From NCBI GenBank assembly GCA_028280285.1, contig JANQMA010000012.1, positions 24,817-88,816 of the forward strand: a DNA stretch of 64,000 nucleotides. Direction: 5' to 3'. Below are positions 1-8,275 of this stretch, in pieces. A model generated the notes under the pieces. That model ran no database searches. It saw only the letters and a list, made by a program, of their open reading frames with translations, and was not told the DNA's origin. Position numbers and translations under genes: made by a program. The stretch comes from Candidatus Omnitrophota bacterium. Lineage in GTDB: Bacteria; Omnitrophota; Gorgyraeia; Zapsychrales; Zapsychraceae. Position 1 is the first letter of the stretch. The number at the start of each line of letters is the position of its first letter.

Positions 1-2
1 AC

Positions 3-3000
3 CTGCTCGCCCAGGATTATTTGCTCAAACAGCTTACCGCGTCACTGATGTATCCGGAAGGTGAGTTGGGGCAAAAATTCTGGGAACGTATTAGGCAAAC
101 AGATGCTGGATCCTTGATGCTAGATGCTAGATCCGAAATCCAGGATCTAGGATCTAGCATCAAGGATCTAACATCTATGTTCAATAAAGTCTGGATTGTT
201 CCGAGCAAGGCGGTTGTCTATGAACGCGATCAGGTGGCGTATGTGGGGGAAGTTGAGTTTAAAGTGATGTTGGAAAATGACTATTTAGCGTATAGCGAAC
301 AGCGGATAGCGGATAGTAGTGTTCAGCAATCAGCTGATAACTCTCTAAACGCTAACCGCTATACGCCAAACGCTGAAATCATCCGCGAAGTGATCATTCC
401 AGCTCTTGAGCAAGAAGTGAATCAGGGCCAACATTTCGCCAAGCTCCGCCAAATACAACACTCGCTCATTCTTGCCACATGGTATAAACAAAAACTGAAA
501 GACTCACTTTTAACGCAAGTCTACGCTGATCAAAACAAAACCAAAGGCATCGATATTGCTAATCCACAAGAGCAAATCCAAGGTATTTATGACCAATACA
601 CCGAAGCCTTCAAGCAGGGTGTTTATGATTATATTAAGGAAGAATACGATCCGGCTACACAGCAAATTATCCCGCGCAAGTATTTTTCTGGAGGAATCGA
701 TGAAGCGGCTTTAAAGGAAACAATTTCCGTGCAAGATCTTGCTGCGATGACCAATAAAGATGACTTTATGCAGGGTGAACCCTATGGAGCTCAAGTGCGG
801 TTAGATTCGGCGGTGTTGTCAAAAGCAAAGAAACAGCATATTTACGACAGACTGGAGTATTTTATTCATGATATAAAAAGTAAACATGCCGTAGTTGAGG
901 TCAGTATACCACGTATAGCTGAAGATATTATTGCTGGTTTTGACGATGAATATCAAGACTTTAGAGACAGTTACGGGAATCTAATAAGTATTAGAGATGG
1001 CATGCACAAAACTATTGAAAAACGGGGAGATGTGAAATTTATATCAGATAGAAGATATACCAACTTAGAAAAAACATACAAAGAACTGCTTGCGAATTTA
1101 GAACTGATTAGAAGCCAGTCATTAAAAAATCTGGTTAATCAAAAGAAGATTCAACTACAATCAAAACAAAATATTATACGCATCAAAAAAATGGTGGATG
1201 AGATATATTTTATATTAGGCTCTGTTTTAAACGATGAACTAATCATTAGATCGTTTATGGCCGAAGATCTTTTCCCTTCCAGCCAGAACATTCTACCGCA
1301 ACAAAGAGAAGGGCTTAAGATTTATAAGAAGATAAAGGGCGATAATTTTGAAGTGCAGGGGGATAAGGTCTATTTGAAAAGGGTTTTGGATAATTTGCTC
1401 AAAAATGCGGCCCAGGCGATCTATGATAATGATAGTAAAGAGAGAAATATTACAATTACAATGCGGAAAATGGGACGGCGTTATTATGAAATACGTATGA
1501 AAGACACGGGGGCAGGAATTGTGAACACAAGGCTTTCTAAAATATTTAACCGCGGAGAGTCTAGTAATGGAGTTGGTCATGGGCTGGGTTTGCCTTTTGT
1601 TGCGGATGTTGTTAAAAAACATAATGGCCAGATTCGTGTGCGCAGTAGTTTAGGCAAGGGTGCGGAATTTATCATCACACTGCCAAGGAAAAAAGAGGAT
1701 ATTGAAAGGAATGGTGCGGATTTTAAAATTACGTATGAATCTATGGACGCGGCGGGTTTATCGGAGGCAGTAGAGGAGGATGTTTCTGATAGCTGGATGT
1801 TGACAGAAGATAGGGAAAGAATGGCAGCTCTTGAAAGAGACTTGGAAAAAAGGACTGGTGATGTCGAAGAGAAAAAAGAAGCTGTTGCACAGTTTAGGCG
1901 ATTTTTAAAAGATGTGCATGAAGGTCAAGCAGTTGTCGATGGAGAGGGGCGCCTTATTGGTCAAAACATGATGGCATTATTACATGAGGATATGACAGAA
2001 ACCCATATGCAGCAATGGGCACTTGCCCACTATAAAGATGATGTTTACGCAAATCGCTTACGGGCGCTTATCATTTTGACATCATTTTTTCATGATGATG
2101 TCCTGGGTAATACATTAACGGCTTTCGGTCAAAGTCTGGTTTTTGTTAATGGGGTTACAGAGCAACAGACTAAAGAATTTAAGCAGTTGTCAAGTAAGGT
2201 TAATAACAGTCTTAGTCAACTAACGTACAATCGATTTTCCACGGTGAATTTAAAGGATGGGTTTCAAAAATTACAGGCGTTGATTGAAGAAGTACACGCA
2301 GTCGACTTACCGCAATTACGTGAAACGTTTGGCGAAGAATTTTTTAACATAAATAAAATTTTTGACGAATACTTTTTAAAAATCGAGAATGTTTTTACAG
2401 AATTTAACGAGCAGCTGTCGCATCTAGATCCGGCGAGTTTGAGCGATGAGGATGTGCAGCGGATTTTAGGGATGGATGATCCTGTGATTAACGGGCTTCA
2501 AAAACATTTGGATAGCCCCGTGCGTAAGGCAACTAATGAAGGGTTGATTGTCCCGAAAGTATGGAGCGGGCTGGATAAACAGATTAATATTGTTCAAGAG
2601 ATTAGAGGCGTCATTGCAGAGGCTATAAAAGATGTTCAAGATCCGTCGGGGGCTGATCTCGATCCACGGAAAGTTATCATTCAGATTCCTTCCAGTTTAG
2701 AGCAGTTGCGCTACGATAACGGAAAAGTTTTTTGGCGGGCAGTAAGAGATATTGATATCGATTTATTTTTACCGTATGGATGGCAAGGAGTAAGTATCAC
2801 AAGAGGTAATAAATCTGTAAGATTGCCTGCATATCTCAAAGAACGGTTAGTAGATTATGAGAATAAGCTTGGGATGTCGGAAGGCAAAAAGCTTGATTTA
2901 AATATCATCGAGTTAACACCGTCGACTTTTTTAGAGTATATTGAGGATGGCAAGTTGAAATTTCATTGGGCTTATTTATTCCTTCCGCAAAATCTATATT

Positions 3001-6000
3001 ACGGTGATGTTGAGCATTTAGAAAATTACATTAAGCAAAGGGTAAAAGATGTCGGTATTAATGATTATTGGAAAGCTGTTTTAAAGGGCTACGCTATGGT
3101 CTACAGCGAGGCTGAAGATTATTTTGAAGAACGTGATTATGATAAGGTGCTTAAACGTTTGCTTATCGCGGCCCATTTTCGTCAGGATAAAGAGGCAATC
3201 AAGGATATACGCAACCGTATGATGCAACGTTATGGAGAAGCTAAGCATGTCCGTTTTTCCAGAGAATTTGTCCGAAAGTACTTGGACCATGCCAAACCGC
3301 CTTATGATATACAATGGACCACAGAACAGGCAGATTCCGCAAATCTAAAAAAAGAAGACGTGGATCAAGTTACATGGAGTGTTTGGCAGGAAATATTAGA
3401 TTTATTTGAACATGGACATTTTAAAGCACAACAATTAGACCGAAACTGGTATGAGGAAAAGTTGAAAAATAAAAAAGTGACTGTAAGTTTATTGAGAAAA
3501 ATCAAACGGGAAATAGATGAAGATATTAATTGGGTGGATGAAAAAAATAGAATTAAAGAAGGTCTGATTAAATATAAAGGAGATATTCATAAAATTAAAA
3601 TGGAGTTTTCTGATGTTTATATGCATAGCACACGAATTGCAAATTTTATTAAACAAAATGAGGAGTTATACGAATTATTTATGAAATATTGGAAGACTGC
3701 GATGTTAGAAGAGAAGAGCGCTTTTCTAAAAGCAATAGAAAAAACTATTCCAAAATATAGGCAATGGGATAAGTACGGGAGGCAGTATTATTTTAATGTA
3801 TCTGAAATTACCGCCAAATTTGAAAGATGGTTTGAAGATTGGGACACCCCGAAAACAAGACCGCTAAAGGATTTGGTAAAAAATGAGATAAAAGAAAGAA
3901 CCAACTGGTTAATAGCTATTCGTTATATAACTAAAACTATTAATGGGGAACAGATTGACTTTCAAGGTGAATACGGGATAGAAGGAACTTCAATAAAGGC
4001 ATTTGCACGTACTTTAATTAAACGAGATAAAGAATTAAGCGATAAGATTAAAGGCAAAATATTATGGTATATAGGACGTAGTGCTAGAGATGCGGCTTCT
4101 TTTTCGGATAAAGATTTGAAAAAATATGATATTAAAGTGTTAAAAGGCGGACAGGATCGTCTGGTAGATGACCCGTGGCCTAACTCTATTTTTTTCCATG
4201 AAGTGATTGTATACATTTATGATACAGAGGGCAGACTTCTTTTGACAAGAAATAATGATGCGACAGAACAGGACGATTTGGAAATTTTTATTAGGATTAA
4301 AGATAATTTACTTGATGACAACAAGTTGTCAGCTGAAGATATTGCAGAGAGGATACTTTACGAAGATTTTCGATTGCAAGCCAATAGGGATTCTTTTGTT
4401 CAATTAGATACTGAGTATCTAAAAGATCCAGTGAATAATAGACGTAATAGGTTTCATAAAAGAACGCAGCTTATTTATCCAGCTGCCTCCGATGAGTTGC
4501 GACGAATGCAAGAATATTATAATAAACGGAAGTTTGATGCGTTGTGGTTAATATCTGTGGATCATCTCGATGATTTTAAAAGGGACCATGGGGATGTTTT
4601 GGGCGGCTCTAAGGACATTTATGAGTCGGTTAAGTCCAAGGTATTCAAACAGATTGATAAAAATGTTTTTGAACCTAAACGTAAACAGCAGGAAGCAGAT
4701 GAATTAGAACAGTATAGACAAAAATTATTTCCTGAGTGGGAGATTCGAGAGTCAATAATTCAGGATATTAAGGCAAAAGTTGCCGTGTCATTAACTCCAG
4801 ATGACACTATAAAAGGAAAAGGGGCAAAAATAAAATCTTGGTTGCTTAATCGAATAAGAGAAGATGCTTCATTGTTGGATATTTTGAATCCTTTTTCGAA
4901 TAAAAATTTGGCAGAAATATGGGAAGTTAGTGAGCAATCAGTTAGAGCTATTATGAGTCAGTTGTTCCTAAGTTATCCATCTAAACGAGATTTAGGGTGG
5001 AAGAGGCATGCTTTTCCTGACCAAGTTTATACATTTGATGATTATGTAAAGAGCAAAGGAGATAATCGACAGTATGATTATTTAATTTCTTATTATGCAG
5101 AGAAATTTGGCGTCGAACCAATGTCTTATGAAGAAGCTAAAGCGGTTTATGAAAAAGCAGATGAAGAACAGAAAGAGGGAAATAAAAAGAGTAAGAAAAC
5201 TTTAGAAGAAATTGATCAGACACATCCGGCAATTAGAGAATACATTGCGCCACGCGTGGCCCGCCAATTGAGGCTAGGATCGGATGTAATCGAGCCCCTT
5301 GTGGATGCTTTGGTTTATGAGACCTATCATGGGGTATATGATCTTGATGAGATCTTCAAATTATTAAATATGGGATCACAGGATAGAAAATTTGTTAGGG
5401 CAAGGTGGTTTACGCAGTTACCAATTAATCCAGACGAAGTAAGAAGTAAGTTTATTAAAGAGGGTATTATTAAAGACGATGAGGCCGCGCTGATTTCACT
5501 TGAGGATTTTAAAGACTTATTACCTGAGTATTTTGTTGAAAATAGTGATAATCCTTATGAGCTTAACCGTAATTTTTATCATACTTACGGTGTAAGAAGT
5601 CTTAGGGGCCAATTTTATCAAGGTGTTTATCAGTTGCGTAAAACGTTAATAAATGAAAAGACGCATAGTTTATCGCGTTATTTAGAACTGAACGCTCCAG
5701 AGCAAAACTTTGAGGATTTTGGTTTTGATGAATCAGATATTTTAAGAATTAAATTAATAGGACGAAAATTAGGTTTATGGACATTTTATTTCGATCAAGA
5801 ATCTCTTGCTATCACTGAATTTAGAATTAGTGAAGACATGTATAATAAGCACATAGTCATGTATGAAGATATGGATCAGTTTATGATGCAGATAGCTAAA
5901 AGCATATTTAATGTTTTTTCTATAGATACAGCCGGAGATGAATTAATTCCTTTTGCGAATTTTGTTTATGAGACAAGCCCTATTGATCAATTGTGGTATG

Positions 6001-6569
6001 CTCTTGAAGAGGATGGGCATATTAGGGATAAATCCAATTGGAAATTTAACTTCGCTGCTTTAATTCTTGCGGTGAGAATAGCCATTAAGCATCGTATTAC
6101 GTCTGTAGAGGCGATTATAGAGTTACAAAAATATTTGGAGACCACTAATGAGGAAGACCTCGATGCAGATACACTTATTACATTAGGAACTTTAGGCTTA
6201 AGTGAGTATGCAAAAAATGTGAAATATGATGAAACAAATAGAAAAGTGTTAAAACAATTTTCTTATGCTGATGCTGCAGCGTTAGAAGAAGCACCTGGAG
6301 GGATTGATTTGACGCCGCAGGCGTGGGATTTGGATACAGTTGGTGCCGAGGGACAGAATTGCGCCGATGATGAGCCTGATTCAGGGTGTATCCGGCTCAA
6401 CTTTCCACCTGAGCAGATTGAGCAGATGAGAAACAGTATTGACGGCTTTGTGCCGGTGATTATCAACTTCCAACCTATCACCAACCTGCCGCTCTTTTTA
6501 GGGCTTAAAGATACCGAAATGCCACAACCAGTTGAAATAAAAGAAGAATTAGCTGTTTTACGGGAATGA
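3..6569 (+). CDS. Giant multi-module protein (>2180 aa, open at the 5' window edge): conserved-looking N-terminal domain, internal HisKA/HATPase_c and other cargo modules, C-terminal GGIDL...GFVPVII domain
   Basis: The frame is open from nt 3 (LLAQDYLLKQLTASLMYPE), so the TTG at 21 is probably not the true start. HATPase boxes: LDNLLKNAAQA, MKDTGAGI, GHGLGL, GKGAEFIITLP. The terminal motifs resemble Omnitrophota giant proteins (recalled, not searched). Confidence 0.85.
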   Translation: MLAQDYLLKQLTASLMYPEGELGQKFWERIRQTDAGSLMLDARSEIQDLGSSIKDLTSMFNKVWIVPSKAVVYERDQVAYVGEVEFKVMLENDYLAYSEQRIADSSVQQSADNSLNANRYTPNAEIIREVIIPALEQEVNQGQHFAKLRQIQHSLILATWYKQKLKDSLLTQVYADQNKTKGIDIANPQEQIQGIYDQYTEAFKQGVYDYIKEEYDPATQQIIPRKYFSGGIDEAALKETISVQDLAAMTNKDDFMQGEPYGAQVRLDSAVLSKAKKQHIYDRLEYFIHDIKSKHAVVEVSIPRIAEDIIAGFDDEYQDFRDSYGNLISIRDGMHKTIEKRGDVKFISDRRYTNLEKTYKELLANLELIRSQSLKNLVNQKKIQLQSKQNIIRIKKMVDEIYFILGSVLNDELIIRSFMAEDLFPSSQNILPQQREGLKIYKKIKGDNFEVQGDKVYLKRVLDNLLKNAAQAIYDNDSKERNITITMRKMGRRYYEIRMKDTGAGIVNTRLSKIFNRGESSNGVGHGLGLPFVADVVKKHNGQIRVRSSLGKGAEFIITLPRKKEDIERNGADFKITYESMDAAGLSEAVEEDVSDSWMLTEDRERMAALERDLEKRTGDVEEKKEAVAQFRRFLKDVHEGQAVVDGEGRLIGQNMMALLHEDMTETHMQQWALAHYKDDVYANRLRALIILTSFFHDDVLGNTLTAFGQSLVFVNGVTEQQTKEFKQLSSKVNNSLSQLTYNRFSTVNLKDGFQKLQALIEEVHAVDLPQLRETFGEEFFNINKIFDEYFLKIENVFTEFNEQLSHLDPASLSDEDVQRILGMDDPVINGLQKHLDSPVRKATNEGLIVPKVWSGLDKQINIVQEIRGVIAEAIKDVQDPSGADLDPRKVIIQIPSSLEQLRYDNGKVFWRAVRDIDIDLFLPYGWQGVSITRGNKSVRLPAYLKERLVDYENKLGMSEGKKLDLNIIELTPSTFLEYIEDGKLKFHWAYLFLPQNLYYGDVEHLENYIKQRVKDVGINDYWKAVLKGYAMVYSEAEDYFEERDYDKVLKRLLIAAHFRQDKEAIKDIRNRMMQRYGEAKHVRFSREFVRKYLDHAKPPYDIQWTTEQADSANLKKEDVDQVTWSVWQEILDLFEHGHFKAQQLDRNWYEEKLKNKKVTVSLLRKIKREIDEDINWVDEKNRIKEGLIKYKGDIHKIKMEFSDVYMHSTRIANFIKQNEELYELFMKYWKTAMLEEKSAFLKAIEKTIPKYRQWDKYGRQYYFNVSEITAKFERWFEDWDTPKTRPLKDLVKNEIKERTNWLIAIRYITKTINGEQIDFQGEYGIEGTSIKAFARTLIKRDKELSDKIKGKILWYIGRSARDAASFSDKDLKKYDIKVLKGGQDRLVDDPWPNSIFFHEVIVYIYDTEGRLLLTRNNDATEQDDLEIFIRIKDNLLDDNKLSAEDIAERILYEDFRLQANRDSFVQLDTEYLKDPVNNRRNRFHKRTQLIYPAASDELRRMQEYYNKRKFDALWLISVDHLDDFKRDHGDVLGGSKDIYESVKSKVFKQIDKNVFEPKRKQQEADELEQYRQKLFPEWEIRESIIQDIKAKVAVSLTPDDTIKGKGAKIKSWLLNRIREDASLLDILNPFSNKNLAEIWEVSEQSVRAIMSQLFLSYPSKRDLGWKRHAFPDQVYTFDDYVKSKGDNRQYDYLISYYAEKFGVEPMSYEEAKAVYEKADEEQKEGNKKSKKTLEEIDQTHPAIREYIAPRVARQLRLGSDVIEPLVDALVYETYHGVYDLDEIFKLLNMGSQDRKFVRARWFTQLPINPDEVRSKFIKEGIIKDDEAALISLEDFKDLLPEYFVENSDNPYELNRNFYHTYGVRSLRGQFYQGVYQLRKTLINEKTHSLSRYLELNAPEQNFEDFGFDESDILRIKLIGRKLGLWTFYFDQESLAITEFRISEDMYNKHIVMYEDMDQFMMQIAKSIFNVFSIDTAGDELIPFANFVYETSPIDQLWYALEEDGHIRDKSNWKFNFAALILAVRIAIKHRITSVEAIIELQKYLETTNEEDLDADTLITLGTLGLSEYAKNVKYDETNRKVLKQFSYADAAALEEAPGGIDLTPQAWDLDTVGAEGQNCADDEPDSGCIRLNFPPEQIEQMRNSIDGFVPVIINFQPITNLPLFLGLKDTEMPQPVEIKEELAVLRE
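101..176. repeat. Heptamer-period inverted repeat (GATGCTA-like units) inside the giant CDS
   Basis: 34-bp arms at 101-134 and 143-176, 3 mismatches, 8-nt loop. Confidence 0.85.
284..374. repeat. Heptamer-period inverted repeat (NNTAGCG / CGCTANN units) inside the giant CDS
   Basis: tttagcg tatagcg aacagcg gatagcg ... cgctaac cgctata cgccaaa cgct. Confidence 0.75.
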
Positions 6570-6583
6570 TAGCGGTGATTTTA

Positions 6584-6654
6584 GGTTTAAGGCGTTAGGT
6601 GTTGGGTGTAAGATGAAAACAATATGTTCAACCTAAAACCTAATCCCTACAACC
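6584..6654. repeat. Heptamer-period palindromic element (GGTGTTA-like, 4+4 units)
   Basis: ggtttaa ggcgtta ggtgttg ggtgtaa ... ttcaacc taaaacc taatccc tacaacc. Confidence 0.7.
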
Positions 6655-6777
6655 CTTTTTAACTTTTATATGATAAGAAAGCGTTTTCTTAAAACCCTCC
6701 GATCCAACACCTTAGCCTAAGAAAATGTGGCATACTTGTTATATGGGATGCATTGTGTGTCCGAAAGGAGGTGCGCT

Positions 6778-7059
6778 ATGAAACGAGTACTTACACTAAC
6801 AGTAGCGTTGGCCTTTGTTTTTGCATGTGCAGTTCCGGCGTTTGCCTATGATATGGAGCGCCCAGTGAAGAAAATCACTGAAGGAACAGTAGATGTAATC
6901 AAATCACCACTTCACCTTGTTGAAAAGCCAATTGATGGCTTAAAAAACCATGACTATCCTGTCATTGGTTTCATGAAAGGTCTTCTTAAAGGACCATTTC
7001 ATACACTGAAAAAAGCAGGTGGTGGCGTGGTAGATATAGCTACTTTCCCAATTAAGTAG
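6778..7059 (+). CDS. Small exported protein resembling the TIGR04073 (exosortase-associated) family
   Basis: AGGAGG before ATG 6778; signal peptide ending AFA; GFMKGLLKG...GVVDIATFPI pattern. Confidence 0.65.
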   Translation: MKRVLTLTVALAFVFACAVPAFAYDMERPVKKITEGTVDVIKSPLHLVEKPIDGLKNHDYPVIGFMKGLLKGPFHTLKKAGGGVVDIATFPIK

Positions 7060-7108
7060 TTATGTCTTAAACATTTGCGAGTACGTTGATTTGATATAAC
7101 GTACGCCC

Positions 7109-7140
7109 GGGCCGGCTCCCTAGGGAGCCGGTCCTTTTTT
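7109..7140 (+). terminator. Rho-independent terminator
   Basis: gggccggctccc-ta-gggagccggtcc followed by a T run. Confidence 0.85.
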
Positions 7141-7305
7141 GTCCATTTCTTCAGTGTTTACCATAATTAAACTTTGTGCTATGATACCGCCCTGAAATTC
7201 AAGAGCCCTTTGCAAACCTATGGGGTTACGATGGGAAAGTCCCTATTAAACCTCATAGGTTGTGATGGCATTCTAATATATATTACTTAAAAAATAGAGG
7301 GACGT

Positions 7306-7926
7306 ATGATGGACGACAGAGATAGAGTTTTGGACTTTTGGTTCGAAGGCCTGGAAGAAGGCACGGTTGTGACAACCGATAGTGATCTTCATAAATGGTG
7401 GTTCGCCAGAACCGATGAGATGAATAAAAAGATTGCTGATGGGTTTAAAGCTGATCTTAAACATGCCGCTTTCGGGGATTATGACAGCTGGCGCGACCCT
7501 AAGGGGCGCTTGGCCCTTGTGATTATCTGTGATCAGTTTTCGCGGTGCGCAGGCAAAGGCACAGCCCGTGCGTATGACAATGATCTTAAGGCGCTCGAGC
7601 AAGCCTTGTATTGTGTCAAAAAAGGGGAGGACAAAGAATTGTCATTCATTGAAAGAATCTTTCTTTATCTGCCGCTTATGCATTCTGAGACCATGGAAAT
7701 TCAGGAGATTTCGCTTAAGTGTTATCGTGATTTGGTAACCGAGGCCGAAGAAGCAGAGGACATCAATACAGAGTATTTTAAGTATGTGTTAGGTCTTGCT
7801 CAAAATTGTTATACCATCATCAATGAGTTTAAACGTTTTCCGCAACGCAACAAACTACTCAAACGCAAGGCCACATCGACGGAAATAAACTTCGTTCAGA
7901 ATCCAGATAATTTAATTGAAACATAA
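7306..7926 (+). CDS. DUF924 family protein
   Basis: VLDFWF, WWF, LALVIICDQFSR, FLYLPLMHSE, FKRFPQRN motifs. Confidence 0.85.
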   Translation: MMDDRDRVLDFWFEGLEEGTVVTTDSDLHKWWFARTDEMNKKIADGFKADLKHAAFGDYDSWRDPKGRLALVIICDQFSRCAGKGTARAYDNDLKALEQALYCVKKGEDKELSFIERIFLYLPLMHSETMEIQEISLKCYRDLVTEAEEAEDINTEYFKYVLGLAQNCYTIINEFKRFPQRNKLLKRKATSTEINFVQNPDNLIET

Positions 7927-7941
7927 ACTAAGGGGGGGAAT

Positions 7942-8169
7942 ATGGGAGACGATAAATGCAATTGTGGTAAATTTGGTTTATGGATTATTATTTTACTTTT
8001 GATTAATACTTTTTTTATTGGAAGTATTTGGTGCAAAATGGTTATGCAGTGCAAAACGAGCAAATGTTCTTGGTCTAAAAGCGGTTCAAAAATCTGTCCT
8101 TTAACTGGCAAAAATCTTGATGGCGCTAAGGGCTCGGCCATGGATGCTAAAGGTTCAAAGGCCGAATAA
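7942..8169 (+). CDS. Small single-TM Cys-containing hypothetical protein
   Basis: G-rich SD-like sequence upstream; one hydrophobic helix; CPLTGK. Confidence 0.6.
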   Translation: MGDDKCNCGKFGLWIIILLLINTFFIGSIWCKMVMQCKTSKCSWSKSGSKICPLTGKNLDGAKGSAMDAKGSKAE

Positions 8170-8175
8170 GTTTAT

Positions 8176-8266
8176 CGGTCACGGTCACGGTGACGATGCC
8201 CGTATCGTCTACCGTTAACGTCCAACGTTACCGATACGGGCATCGTAATCGAAAAACGTTACCGAG
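8176..8266. repeat. Hexamer-period palindromic element with a 15-bp perfect inverted repeat
   Basis: acgatgcccgtatcg (8193-8207) / cgatacgggcatcgt (8232-8246); related copy at 46771-46849. Confidence 0.75.
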
Positions 8267-8275
8267 TTGTTAAAT

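Noticed and set aside
7212-7261. c-di-GMP-I riboswitch (gcaaacc...gaaa)
   Set aside because: Lacks the GACGCAAAG segment and the second stem arrangement.
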